From: a virus
Lineage: Duplodnaviria; Caudoviricetes
Reading direction: 5' to 3' (one strand)
DNA length: 51,702 bases
IMG/VR virus record: IMGVR_UViG_3300037483_000246
Coordinates: 1 to 51,702 of that record
In this document: positions 1 to 8,255 of the stretch, piece by piece
Layout: each line of letters starts with the position of its first letter
Numbering within the stretch: the stretch's first letter is position 1
Translations under genes and position numbers: made by a program
The notes under the pieces: generated by a model
Told to the model about the DNA's origin: nothing
What the model saw: the letters and a program-made list of their open reading frames with translations, nothing else
Databases searched by the model: none

Positions 1-250
1 GCGGCAGTCCTGTAGCCGGTGTTCTTCGCGGCCCTCTGGTCGCCGGTCTTCGTCGCGGCACTCTGGTCGCCGGTGTTCGTCGCGGCACTCCAGTCGCCGG
101 TGTTCGTCGCGGCACTCCAGTCGCCGGTGTTCGTCGCGGCACTCTGGTCGCCGGTGTTCGTCGCGGCACTCTGGTCGCCGGTGTTCGTCGCGGCACTCTG
201 GTCGCCGGTGTTCGTCGCGGCACTCCAGTAGCCGGTGTTCGTCGCGGCAC
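1..250 (-). repeat. 27-nt tandem coding repeat (~9 units, TNTG-xx-SAA)
   Basis: Unit CTCTGGTCGCCGGTGTTCGTCGCGGCA read directly; variable codon pair gives YW, DQ, DW, YR. Confidence 0.97.
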
Positions 251-587
251 CTGTGGGCACTTCGCAGCGGGAGGAGATAAAGGCGACGGAGGCTTTTACT
301 AAGTCCGCGATGCTCACTTGCGCCGAGACTTTCAGGGTGCGACTTGCAACTTTGGAATCATCCGAGTGGCGGGACAGCGAACCCTCCTGCTCAACTTCAG
401 CAAAAACGCTGCTGGCTGGCGCATAGTACCCAAAAACGTCGAGGGGGTACTCACAGGCATGGAAGCCGGAGGAGCAGGCTTCGACCTCGCCTTCGTGGGT
501 GTACGACGCCCCGACTTGGAACTGAAAATCAAGGCAGGTCCAGTCTGCGTTAAAGCCCTTGTAGGAAACGATCTTTTCTTCGCTCAT
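1..587 (-). CDS. N-terminal part of a DUF7666-like repeat protein (MSEEKIVSYKGFNADWTCLDFQFQVGASYTHEG...GFHACEYPLDVFGYY...), running off the window start and continuing at the window end
   Basis: ATG at 587 preceded by AGGAG; frame open to position 1; YKGF...C...GFHAC..PLDVF.YY motif followed by TNTGDQSAA repeats. Missed by the ORF track because it crosses the end. Confidence 0.85.
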   Translation of the reverse strand, partial: MSEEKIVSYKGFNADWTCLDFQFQVGASYTHEGEVEACSSGFHACEYPLDVFGYYAPASSVFAEVEQEGSLSRHSDDSKVASRTLKVSAQVSIADLVKASVAFISSRCEVPTGAATNTGYWSAATNTGDQSAATNTGDQSAATNTGDQSAATNTGDWSAATNTGDWSAATNTGDQSAATKTGDQRAAKNTGYRTA

Positions 588-628
588 TTTTATTTCTCCT
601 TGGTTGGTTTTCCTACTTGACGACCCGA

Positions 629-657
629 ACTCTACAGCATCGGCTAAAACCTGTCAA
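629..657 (-). promoter_or_regulatory. sigma70-type leftward early promoter
   Basis: TTGACA-17nt-TAGAGT on - strand, upstream of the ATG at 587. Confidence 0.75.
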
Positions 658-671
658 GCGCAATTTATCGC

Positions 672-700
672 TTGCTATAAAAATCGACTTCTCATATAAT
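672..700 (+). promoter_or_regulatory. sigma70-type rightward promoter (divergent pair)
   Basis: TTGCTA-17nt-TATAAT upstream of ORF 732. Confidence 0.75.
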
Positions 701-731
701 CGCCACCAGCCCTCAACACCGGAGAAACGAA

Positions 732-1025
732 ATGGCACAGAACGGGATGCGCGTGTGGCTCGAAGCGGCCACAAGGGAGGAACTGGACAAACTCGGTTCC
801 ATATCGAAGAGAACCGTGGCAACTATCCGGCAGATCGCTGGCGGATACCGCACCAAAGGGGCGGCCCGCACGACGCCCGAGGTGGCACGCGACATCGAAC
901 TCGCCACGATCAAGATGCAGCGCCAGGGCCTGCCCATCGTGCGCAGGGAGGACCTGTGCCCCGCGTGCGCCAAATGTGAGTACATGAAGGCGGCCAAGAA
1001 GGAGGCGAAAAATGGCGAAGCCTAA
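732..1025 (+). CDS. Cro-like transcription regulator with C-terminal CxxCxxC
   Basis: GGAG RBS; first gene of the divergent arm; HTH-like segment TVATIRQIAGGYR and REDLCP end resemble phage Cro-like proteins. Confidence 0.6.
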   Translation: MAQNGMRVWLEAATREELDKLGSISKRTVATIRQIAGGYRTKGAARTTPEVARDIELATIKMQRQGLPIVRREDLCPACAKCEYMKAAKKEAKNGEA

Positions 1026-1236
1026 CGCCCCCGCCGTGGAGATGCCGCGCGACAAGTGCGGCGGATGCTACTTCTGCTATCAACTTCAGCGTCGCCCCGG
1101 CAAGCCTTTCTGGTGCTTTGTCGAGCCGCCGTATCCGATGGACCCCGAGAACCCCGACGCGGGGAGCATGCGCGGAGCTATGACCGCGCAGGAATCCCCC
1201 GCATGTGATCTTTTCAAACCGAGAGGAGTGCACTGA
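1012..1236 (+). CDS. small Cys-rich hypothetical protein
   Basis: AGGAGG RBS; CxxC...C...C pattern. Confidence 0.7.
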   Translation: MAKPNAPAVEMPRDKCGGCYFCYQLQRRPGKPFWCFVEPPYPMDPENPDAGSMRGAMTAQESPACDLFKPRGVH

Positions 1237-1237
1237 C

Positions 1238-2497
1238 ATGGCCATTCAAAAACCTAGCAAGAAAACAGTACAGCAGATTATCGACCGCTGGGTCGCTCTC
1301 GGCGGCCCGGACAAGTGCAGCATTAAGGCCCTCTCTGCCGATGTGAGCATTCCACGGCAAACGGTGAGCGGCTGGCTCAATGACTTGGCTAAGGAATATG
1401 ACCTGCAAGTGCCAGTCAAAGGCGAGCCTGTTATCGCCCTGGCACCTTCTACAAAAGCCTCCGCGGAGGATGAACTGAAGCATCAAGTCGCTACGCTGAA
1501 GACTCAACTCACAGCGTACCAGAAAGACGAACTGACTGCGCGTTATGTCCGTTCGAAAATCATGGGCCTTGCCGAAACGACGCCTACCCCTCCGGTTTGG
1601 CTGGTCGAGAACAAGGCCTCGAAGTCTTCCCCTGGTGTTCCTACCCTATTTTGCAGCGATCTGCATTGGGGTGAGGTAGTTGACCCGAGACAAATAAACG
1701 GGGTGAACGAGTACAATCTGAACGTTGCGCATACCCGCATGTCCACCCTGGTGACTCGTGCTATTGACTTACTGAACAACCACGTAGTCAACCCGAAATA
1801 TCCGGGCTTGGTGCTTGCGCTTGGTGGAGATATGGTGAGCGGTTCGATACACGAAGAACTTGAACAAACAAACGATGTGCCGTTGCTACCTTCTGTCCTT
1901 GACTTGCTTGACGTAATGGTGTGGAGCATTGAGACACTGGCGAATGCCTTTGGGCACGTCCACATCCCGGCGGTGGCAGGAAACCACGGACGCCTGCACC
2001 ACAAGGTAAGAGCGAAAGACTTCGCGCACACTAATCTCGACTGGCTGCTGTATTGCCTGCTGGAAAAGAATTTCGCCAAGGATAAAAGGGTGACGTTCCA
2101 GATACCCGACGGTCCGGACGCGCAATATCGAATCTACTCGCACAGATACCTGCTCAGCCACGGCAACCAGTTCAGGGGCGGAGATGGCCTTATTGGTGCG
2201 CTAGGCCCTATCATCCGTGGGGACCATAAAAAGCGTTCGCGCAACAACCAGATCGACATGGGCTACGACACCATGCTGCTCGGCCACTTCCACCAGCTTA
2301 TCCAACTCGAACGGGTGATCGTCAACGGTAGCCTGAAAGGGTACGACGAGTATGCGTGGGCTAACAACTTTGCCTTCGAACGCCCCCGGCAGGCCCTTTT
2401 CATTACTCACCCGCAGCACGGCATAACTATCTCAATGCCTGTCAACTTGGACGATACCGCCAAGCAGGAAGACGCACCATGGGTATCGGTGAAGTGA
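1238..2497 (+). CDS. calcineurin-like metallophosphoesterase with N-terminal HTH and coiled coil
   Basis: SDLH, GGDMV, GNHG, HG, GHFH motifs; ATG 1238 after GAGGAG. Confidence 0.85.
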   Translation: MAIQKPSKKTVQQIIDRWVALGGPDKCSIKALSADVSIPRQTVSGWLNDLAKEYDLQVPVKGEPVIALAPSTKASAEDELKHQVATLKTQLTAYQKDELTARYVRSKIMGLAETTPTPPVWLVENKASKSSPGVPTLFCSDLHWGEVVDPRQINGVNEYNLNVAHTRMSTLVTRAIDLLNNHVVNPKYPGLVLALGGDMVSGSIHEELEQTNDVPLLPSVLDLLDVMVWSIETLANAFGHVHIPAVAGNHGRLHHKVRAKDFAHTNLDWLLYCLLEKNFAKDKRVTFQIPDGPDAQYRIYSHRYLLSHGNQFRGGDGLIGALGPIIRGDHKKRSRNNQIDMGYDTMLLGHFHQLIQLERVIVNGSLKGYDEYAWANNFAFERPRQALFITHPQHGITISMPVNLDDTAKQEDAPWVSVK

Positions 2498-3075
2498 AGA
2501 CGTGCTCAAAATGCGGAGAGACGAAGCCCGCCGGTGCGTTCTACCCGGATCGCAGTAAGCCAGACGGCAGGCGCTCTTACTGCAAAGACTGTGGGAAAGC
2601 GAGCGCGGCATCGTGGGCTAAAGCTAACCCCCACAGTGCTAGGGCGAGTAGCGCTGCCTACCGTGGTTCAAATCCTGAGAAAGTAAAAGTCGGCGCGGCA
2701 GCCTGGAAGAAAGCCAACCCTGAGAAGAATAAAGCTAGCTATACAGCATGGGACAAAGCCAACCCCGAGAAGCGCAGGGCATTGCATAGGGCTTGGGACA
2801 AAGCCAATCCGGGTAAAGCAAACGCAAGAACGAGAAGACGCCAAGCAGCCAAACTCCAAGCCACCCCAGCATGGGCCAACAATTTTTTCATGCAAGAGGC
2901 TTACACCCTGGCCGCCTTGCGAACAAGGATGCTCGGCTTCAAGTGGCACGTTGACCACGTCGTCCCTCTGCGTTCGAAGATCGTCTGTGGCCTGCACTGC
3001 GAAGCTAACCTGCGGGTGATCCCTGCGGTGATTAATATGTCAAAAGGTAACCGCTACTGGCCCGACATGCCTTGA
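2494..3075 (+). CDS. HNH homing endonuclease with N-terminal Zn finger
   Basis: KTCSKCG...YCKDC; HVDHVVPL...CGLH..NLRVI...N..KGN; GTGA overlap with upstream stop. Confidence 0.88.
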   Translation: MKTCSKCGETKPAGAFYPDRSKPDGRRSYCKDCGKASAASWAKANPHSARASSAAYRGSNPEKVKVGAAAWKKANPEKNKASYTAWDKANPEKRRALHRAWDKANPGKANARTRRRQAAKLQATPAWANNFFMQEAYTLAALRTRMLGFKWHVDHVVPLRSKIVCGLHCEANLRVIPAVINMSKGNRYWPDMP

Positions 3076-3123
3076 CTCATCCTTTAGCTCATACTAAACT
3101 GCTCGCAACAAAGGAGAACCAAA

Positions 3124-3318
3124 ATGCGTAAAACATACCGCCCTGCATCACCTGCTGAAGAAATACTCGTGGCCAAGCACCTGGCCAAAGGCGAGACTCT
3201 GTTCGGCGTGAATGAATCCCAGAACTTGTACGCAGTGCGGAGTCCTGACGGGGCGCTGCGGTACATTGACGGCAAGACGCTGAAGCCTTCTCTCTTGCGG
3301 CGCTTACTCGGAGTATGA
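3124..3318 (+). CDS. hypothetical protein
   Basis: AAGGAG RBS, ATG start. Confidence 0.7.
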   Translation: MRKTYRPASPAEEILVAKHLAKGETLFGVNESQNLYAVRSPDGALRYIDGKTLKPSLLRRLLGV

Positions 3319-3319
3319 C

Positions 3320-3619
3320 GTGGGCATCCCGTGCCGCTGCGGCCACACCGTCGGGGGCAGAACCTGCTTTACCCGCAAGACTCTCGCCAAGCGCCCAGAG
3401 GATTACGCGGATCGTCGGTACATGCCGCGCTGCCCTGGCTGCGGATCGCGCAAGTGGATGGTGGACAAGTGGCGCACGAAGCACGAGGTGTGGGGCAACA
3501 GGGAGACGTGCAACTGCGGCGGTTACCACTTTATCCATCGCCTCGGATCGAAGTTCTGCTACAGCCACCCGAAGGCGGAGCAGCACCACAGTGAACGATA
3601 TGAAAGGAGAACAGCGTGA
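3320..3619 (+). CDS. Cys/His-rich hypothetical protein (putative Zn-binding)
   Basis: CRC, CPGC, CNC..YHFIH..C; tightly packed with neighbours. Confidence 0.65.
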   Translation: MGIPCRCGHTVGGRTCFTRKTLAKRPEDYADRRYMPRCPGCGSRKWMVDKWRTKHEVWGNRETCNCGGYHFIHRLGSKFCYSHPKAEQHHSERYERRTA

Positions 3620-3897
3620 GTAAGAACGACATCACCGGCGACGCGCTGCGCTCGCGCCCACTATCCCTTGAGGGGAAGGCAAACTGGGATCGCATCTTCG
3701 CGCCGAAGAAAAAGTGCTCCTGCGCAGGCTGCTCTGGCCGGGGGAGCACCATGCCCACCAGAATCTTCTGCCCTGAATGCGGCTGCGAGCTAGACCCGAA
3801 CGATCACGTCTTCGGCGTGTGGGTGTGCCCCGCCTGCGACGTGACCGTCGCCGATCTCGAACCTATGGACATCACTGACCTGCCGGAGGCCCCATGA
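3616..3897 (+). CDS. Zn-ribbon hypothetical protein
   Basis: AGGAG RBS; CPEC...CPAC; overlapping start/stop. Confidence 0.7.
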   Translation: MSKNDITGDALRSRPLSLEGKANWDRIFAPKKKCSCAGCSGRGSTMPTRIFCPECGCELDPNDHVFGVWVCPACDVTVADLEPMDITDLPEAP

Positions 3898-4001
3898 ACG
3901 AAAAACAAAAGCACATAGAGTACGAGGTCCACCCGGCCATAGCGGCAGCGCCTATCGTCCTGCTGCTGGTTCTCGCGGTCGTCATGGTGTTCACGGCATG
4001 A
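3894..4001 (+). CDS. 35-aa membrane peptide
   Basis: ATGA overlaps at both ends, GGAGG RBS, hydrophobic C-terminal half; below ORF-track cutoff. Confidence 0.55.
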   Translation: MNEKQKHIEYEVHPAIAAAPIVLLLVLAVVMVFTA

Positions 4002-4213
4002 TCGGCTACCCGATGTTCTTCCAGATCGACAACACGCGCGACAAGTGCGACTTCTGCGGCGGCGGCGGAAAGCTGTTGAAGGCGCTCTCTACCGGCAAGT
4101 GCGTCTGCCCTGCATGCGTCGGGCACATCGCGGAGGCGATGGCGGAGGACCTGCTGCGCCTACCCGCGCCAACGCACCGGCCGCTCGACCCCAACGGCCC
4201 ATCACCCTTTTAA
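3998..4213 (+). CDS. small C4 Zn-finger protein (ClpX Zn-finger-like spacing)
   Basis: CDFC...VCPACV. Confidence 0.6.
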   Translation: MIGYPMFFQIDNTRDKCDFCGGGGKLLKALSTGKCVCPACVGHIAEAMAEDLLRLPAPTHRPLDPNGPSPF

Positions 4214-4222
4214 GGAAGCGTC

Positions 4223-4420
4223 ATGCCTGACAAAAAATGCTCCAAGTGTGGAGAAGAAAAGCCGACGACGGAATTCTACCCCCACACAAAGACGGGCAAG
4301 CCTCGTGGAGTGCTGTGCTCTACCTGTAACTCCGCCCTTGGGTTATTCGTTGACGATCCTGAGAATCTGCGCAGCGCAGCGCGGTATCTTGAACTACACA
4401 GGGGGCAGAATAATGGCTGA
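4223..4420 (+). CDS. internally deleted endonuclease VII-type homing endonuclease (65 aa)
   Basis: KKCSKCGEEK..EFY joined directly to H..TGKPRGVLC..CN..LG.F.D....L..A..YL (EndoVII C-terminus); catalytic DH region absent. Confidence 0.7.
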   Translation: MPDKKCSKCGEEKPTTEFYPHTKTGKPRGVLCSTCNSALGLFVDDPENLRSAARYLELHRGQNNG

Positions 4421-6458
4421 AAAAACATGGGGCGCCGACGCGGGTGCTTGGGACCACTTCAGCTTTATCCTTGGCCTAACTGAAGACCTGCTGCCGGTGG
4501 TGAGCGACGCCACGGCGAAGATCAGCCCGGAGTCGAACATGCAGGCGATAGGCAAAACGCCTAGCTGCTTCAATCGTCGAGGATTGGTGGTAGGTATCCC
4601 TGGGTGGACACAAAAAGCCTCGGAGCAAAGCGAGCTTGACGTGTGGGCGCAGGACACCCGGCTAGGGCTGTGCCTACAGACGCGCAACGTGCGCGCCTTC
4701 GACATAGACGTAGATAACCCGGAACTGGCGGGGAAGGTTGCCTCGTTCATCACTTCCGCCATGGGCACCCTGCCTTGCCGAACTCGCCCCAACTCGGGCA
4801 AGCGCCTTTTCCTTTTCTCCCTGCCCGGCGAGTTGCCTAAGCGCGTCGTAAAATTCGATGGTGGGATGGTTGAAATGCTCGGGACGGGGCAGCAGTGCAT
4901 TATTTCGGGGACACACACGAGCGGCGTCCGTTACGAGTGGCCTGATGGCTTCCCGAACGTCATCCCAGAGATATCCCCTGAGCAACTAGACGCCTTGTGG
5001 CTTCGCCTTGCAAGCGCCTTCGGGGGCACCGCCTCGCAGTCTTCTGCCTCTACACGAGCGGAGACACTACATGCTGCGGTAGAGGGCGATCCTGTGGCTC
5101 AGCACTTGGTTGCCGAGCGATGGGTTAAGCAGCAGGCCAAGGACGGCTCTCTACACATCCTGTGCCCTTTCGAGGATGGTCACTCCGGCCCTTCCTCAGT
5201 GAGCGCGACAACCTACTTCCCCGCGCACACCGGGGGTTACGACCAAGGGAACTTCAAATGCCTACACGCCTCGTGCAGCGGGCGAACCCAAGATGATTTC
5301 AAGGCGGCCATCGGCATCCAAGCGGCCGACCCTTTCGAGGGGTTCTTCCCTCTTACTGACGAGGATGTCCCCGACATGCAAAAAACCATGTCGGAAGAAA
5401 ATCAAGCTCCCGAAGCGGCAAAGAAGCCCCGTTTCCAAGTCGTCCCTGCCCACGAGTTCGCCGAGCGCAAGCTCCCCGGGTGGATCGTCAAGAACGTGCT
5501 ACCCAAAGCGAGCCTGGCGGTCGTCTACGGCGAGTCTGGCTCAGGCAAGAGTTTCTGGGTGTTCGATGTGTGCGCGGCTGTCGCGCGCGGGGAGCCTTGG
5601 CGCGGCCACAAGGTCACGCAAGGGAAGGTGGCCTACGTCTGTGCTGAGGGTATCGGCGGCATGCGTTCACGCCTTCGCGCCTACGGGGCACACCATGGCG
5701 TAGACCTTCAAGACCTCGACGTAGGCATCATCCCTGACACGCCCAACCTCATGCAGGTGCAGGACACGAAGGACCTGATCCTCGCCATCCAGGCGTTCGG
5801 GAAGGTGTCCGTCGTCGTGGTTGACACCTTCGCCCAGGTTATGTCGGGCGCCAACGAGAACGCCGGCGAGGACGTGGGCAAGGCGCTGGATCACTGCCGG
5901 CAGATTCACAAGTGCACCGGCGCGCTGGTCATCCTGGTGCACCACTCAGGCAAGGACAGTTCCAAGGGTGCGCGGGGTTGGTCCGGGCTGCGCGCCGCAG
6001 CTGACGCCGAGATCGAGATAGTGCGCGACGGCGACGACCGCCAGGCCACCGTCACCAAGATGAAGGACGGGGCTGACGGGGCCGAGTTTGGCTTCAAGCT
6101 GGTGACGGTAGAACTGCCCGAGAAGGACGACGACGACGAGGTTATCACAAGCTGCGTCGTCAAGGAGTCGGCTATCCCCGTGAAGGCGGAAGACAAGAAA
6201 GGGGAAAAGGTAGACCACAACAAGCTGGTGTTCGAGTGCATGGACGGCTTGGAGCAGGTAGGCGATAGCAAGGTGATGTACTACGACCTTCTCGCCGCTG
6301 TGAAGAACCGTTTGCCACCCGGGCCAGAGGGTGCAAAGACCGACCCAAGGGACAAGGCCGTATCGAAGATGGTCGCGCTCCTGCAGGAAGTCGGCAAGAT
6401 CGTGATTTCTGGCGGCTTCGTGTGGAGGGCGGCGCCCGTCGTAGAGGACACCAGCTGA
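4413..6458 (+). CDS. primase-polymerase / RecA-family (AAA_25-like) helicase fusion
   Basis: Prim-pol DIDVD motif, CP..H...CLHASC Zn motif, Walker A GESGSGKS, Walker B VVVVDT, ILVHHSGKD..RG.S; ATG 4413 preferred over 4248. Confidence 0.9.
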   Translation: MAEKTWGADAGAWDHFSFILGLTEDLLPVVSDATAKISPESNMQAIGKTPSCFNRRGLVVGIPGWTQKASEQSELDVWAQDTRLGLCLQTRNVRAFDIDVDNPELAGKVASFITSAMGTLPCRTRPNSGKRLFLFSLPGELPKRVVKFDGGMVEMLGTGQQCIISGTHTSGVRYEWPDGFPNVIPEISPEQLDALWLRLASAFGGTASQSSASTRAETLHAAVEGDPVAQHLVAERWVKQQAKDGSLHILCPFEDGHSGPSSVSATTYFPAHTGGYDQGNFKCLHASCSGRTQDDFKAAIGIQAADPFEGFFPLTDEDVPDMQKTMSEENQAPEAAKKPRFQVVPAHEFAERKLPGWIVKNVLPKASLAVVYGESGSGKSFWVFDVCAAVARGEPWRGHKVTQGKVAYVCAEGIGGMRSRLRAYGAHHGVDLQDLDVGIIPDTPNLMQVQDTKDLILAIQAFGKVSVVVVDTFAQVMSGANENAGEDVGKALDHCRQIHKCTGALVILVHHSGKDSSKGARGWSGLRAAADAEIEIVRDGDDRQATVTKMKDGADGAEFGFKLVTVELPEKDDDDEVITSCVVKESAIPVKAEDKKGEKVDHNKLVFECMDGLEQVGDSKVMYYDLLAAVKNRLPPGPEGAKTDPRDKAVSKMVALLQEVGKIVISGGFVWRAAPVVEDTS

Positions 6459-6484
6459 TAGGGAAAGTAGGTAGTTTTCCCATC

Positions 6485-6514
6485 TAGCCCGCCTCTCGTC
6501 GAGACTGCGGGCTA
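6485..6514. terminator. hairpin between convergent genes
   Basis: TAGCCCGC...GCGGGCTA inverted repeat; no clear downstream U-tract. Confidence 0.4.
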
Positions 6515-6523
6515 TAAAAACGT

Positions 6524-7645
6524 CTAGGCCAGGTCTTCATCTTCTAAACGGCGAAGGCGGGCCCCTTCTTCCAACTGGCGAATGCGAGCTTGTTTCAATA
6601 AACGCTCCTTACGAAGTGTTTCACGTCGTTCGCACATAGACCGGTAGTAAGGCCCCTCTAAGGCCATTAGGCCGTTATTGTAGTCCAGCATCGCCTGAAG
6701 ATTGCCTTGCGCGGCCTCCAGATCGGCGGCGGGGTACTCTTGTGGGTATCCTTCAACATCGTATTTGGCCCCCCGCATTCTTTTCTCCGCTGCTGCGCAG
6801 GAGCGCTCCCTTGCCTCTGCTTCCTCTGCTTTTTTCTTGGCTTGATACTCGGGGTCCGCCTCCAGCTTGCGCTGAGCCTCTTGCTGTGCCCTTCGTTCTG
6901 CGTCCTCTTTCACATCCCGCTCCGCCTTAGCCTTTGCCTCGGCTTGCTGCTTCGCCTTCTCTATCCTGGCAGCCTCTACCATGGCGCGAGCCTTCTCCTC
7001 GTCTACTGGCCAGCCGTGTTCAAGGGCCAACTCCGCGAAATAGGCGGCGGTCTCGTCATCCCACTCCCGCATTGCCTTCGCACGCTCTTGCAAGTGGTCC
7101 TCGTCCTTGTTGTTAGGCCAGCGACGCTCCGTGAACTTCACTTGGCGGATGCGATCCAGCGCGGGGAAGTCCTTACCTTCGATCTCGATCAAGATATCAT
7201 CAAGGTACACGCCTGGGTTTTTCTTCTCGAAGGCAGAGCGGTCATACTCTACCGCATCGAACGGGCCGACATTGAGAGGGTAGCCTTTCCGGTCATATTC
7301 AATCTTCGCGGCTGCAGGCTGGGGGTGCTTGCGCAAGATAGAAGCGCACAAGGCTTCGGCGCGGGGCCGTGGTAGGCCGTGGATGTACTCTTCCACCACC
7401 AGGTCCGTGATCTGCCTGGAGGGGGGCTGCCGGGCCGCTGGGAGGTTGGCGAAGTAGGCGTCTATATCGGCCTGGGTTTTGCCGATGGCTTCGAGGAACT
7501 TCAGGTAGGTAGCTTCTGGTATAGGGCTTTTGCCTTTTTCCATACGGCACAGGTACTCGGGGCTTACCCCCGCTTTTTGGGCGGCTTCTTTTTGTCCTAG
7601 GTTTGCGATTGTGCGCGCGGCCTTCAAATCTTCGTGTTTTGACAT
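6524..7645 (-). CDS. XRE-type HTH protein with two internal YDxxGYP repeats and a coiled coil
   Basis: LKAARTIANLGQKEAAQKAGVSPEYLCRMEKGK is an XRE HTH; ATG 7645 after AAGGAG. Confidence 0.8.
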   Translation of the reverse strand: MSKHEDLKAARTIANLGQKEAAQKAGVSPEYLCRMEKGKSPIPEATYLKFLEAIGKTQADIDAYFANLPAARQPPSRQITDLVVEEYIHGLPRPRAEALCASILRKHPQPAAAKIEYDRKGYPLNVGPFDAVEYDRSAFEKKNPGVYLDDILIEIEGKDFPALDRIRQVKFTERRWPNNKDEDHLQERAKAMREWDDETAAYFAELALEHGWPVDEEKARAMVEAARIEKAKQQAEAKAKAERDVKEDAERRAQQEAQRKLEADPEYQAKKKAEEAEARERSCAAAEKRMRGAKYDVEGYPQEYPAADLEAAQGNLQAMLDYNNGLMALEGPYYRSMCERRETLRKERLLKQARIRQLEEGARLRRLEDEDLA

Positions 7646-7679
7646 GGTTGTATCTCCTTGATTTAACATAAAAAGAAAA

Positions 7680-7872
7680 ATGTCAATTCTCTTGATGTTA
7701 TTGGCTTTCAGAGGCGGAAAAAGAGCATCAAAATTGACATTTTCAGAGCAGAATTATATCAAGATTGACTTGATACTGCAAGGCTGAAAATTGATATGGT
7801 GTCAATCGTTTCTTGATATTTCAACCTCCTTTCTTGACATTTCAACCCTCTTTCTTGACATAAAATTGACTC
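7680..7872. repeat. AT-rich region with phased TTGA/TCAA repeats (operator, iteron or packaging-site candidate)
   Basis: TTTCTTGAYATTTCAACC at 7809 and 7830, partial copy at 7851; TTGA at 7770, 7791, 7813, 7834, 7855. Confidence 0.85.
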
Positions 7873-7972
7873 CAAGGCACCGTGAGTGTGTGTGATGTGG
7901 ACAGGGAGGAGAGAGTAGTTGTTTTTGGACAACTCTCTCCCCTTCCTGTATCACACATACGAGCCTCCAACT

Positions 7973-7997
7973 TTTCAACCCTTGAAAGTGGTACAAT
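7973..7997 (+). promoter_or_regulatory. extended -10 promoter next to a TTTCAA-CCC-TTGAAA palindrome
   Basis: TGgTACAAT at 7989-7997; palindrome 7973-7987; upstream of the late region. Confidence 0.5.
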
Positions 7998-8033
7998 TCG
8001 AACATTGAAAAGCACTCGGGAAAGACCACAACC

Positions 8034-8216
8034 ATGCAAGTGTCATTCTACTGCAACCATTGCCACAAGCACCTTCGCTCGGGGGATCATTCCGAATGCC
8101 GAAAAGCGCTACGGGCAGCCGAGGCGACAAGGTTATCCAACGGAAAGCGTACCCAGGCTCGATACGCCAACGGCGAACTGGGCAAGGTACTTGCAAAGGG
8201 GGACAAGGCCGAGTAA
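8034..8216 (+). CDS. small Cys/His hypothetical protein
   Basis: CNHC...H..C; directly downstream of the putative promoter. Confidence 0.5.
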   Translation: MQVSFYCNHCHKHLRSGDHSECRKALRAAEATRLSNGKRTQARYANGELGKVLAKGDKAE

Positions 8217-8255
8217 GATTCGCGCGTACAGTGTTCACCTACCCAAGCAAACGAC

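Noticed and set aside
19-231. + strand repeat ORF (WSPVFVAAL)n and the 51379-51693 (PRRTPATRV)n ORF
   Set aside because: Other frames of the 27-nt repeat; the frame with RBS and conserved flanking domains is TNTGDQSAA
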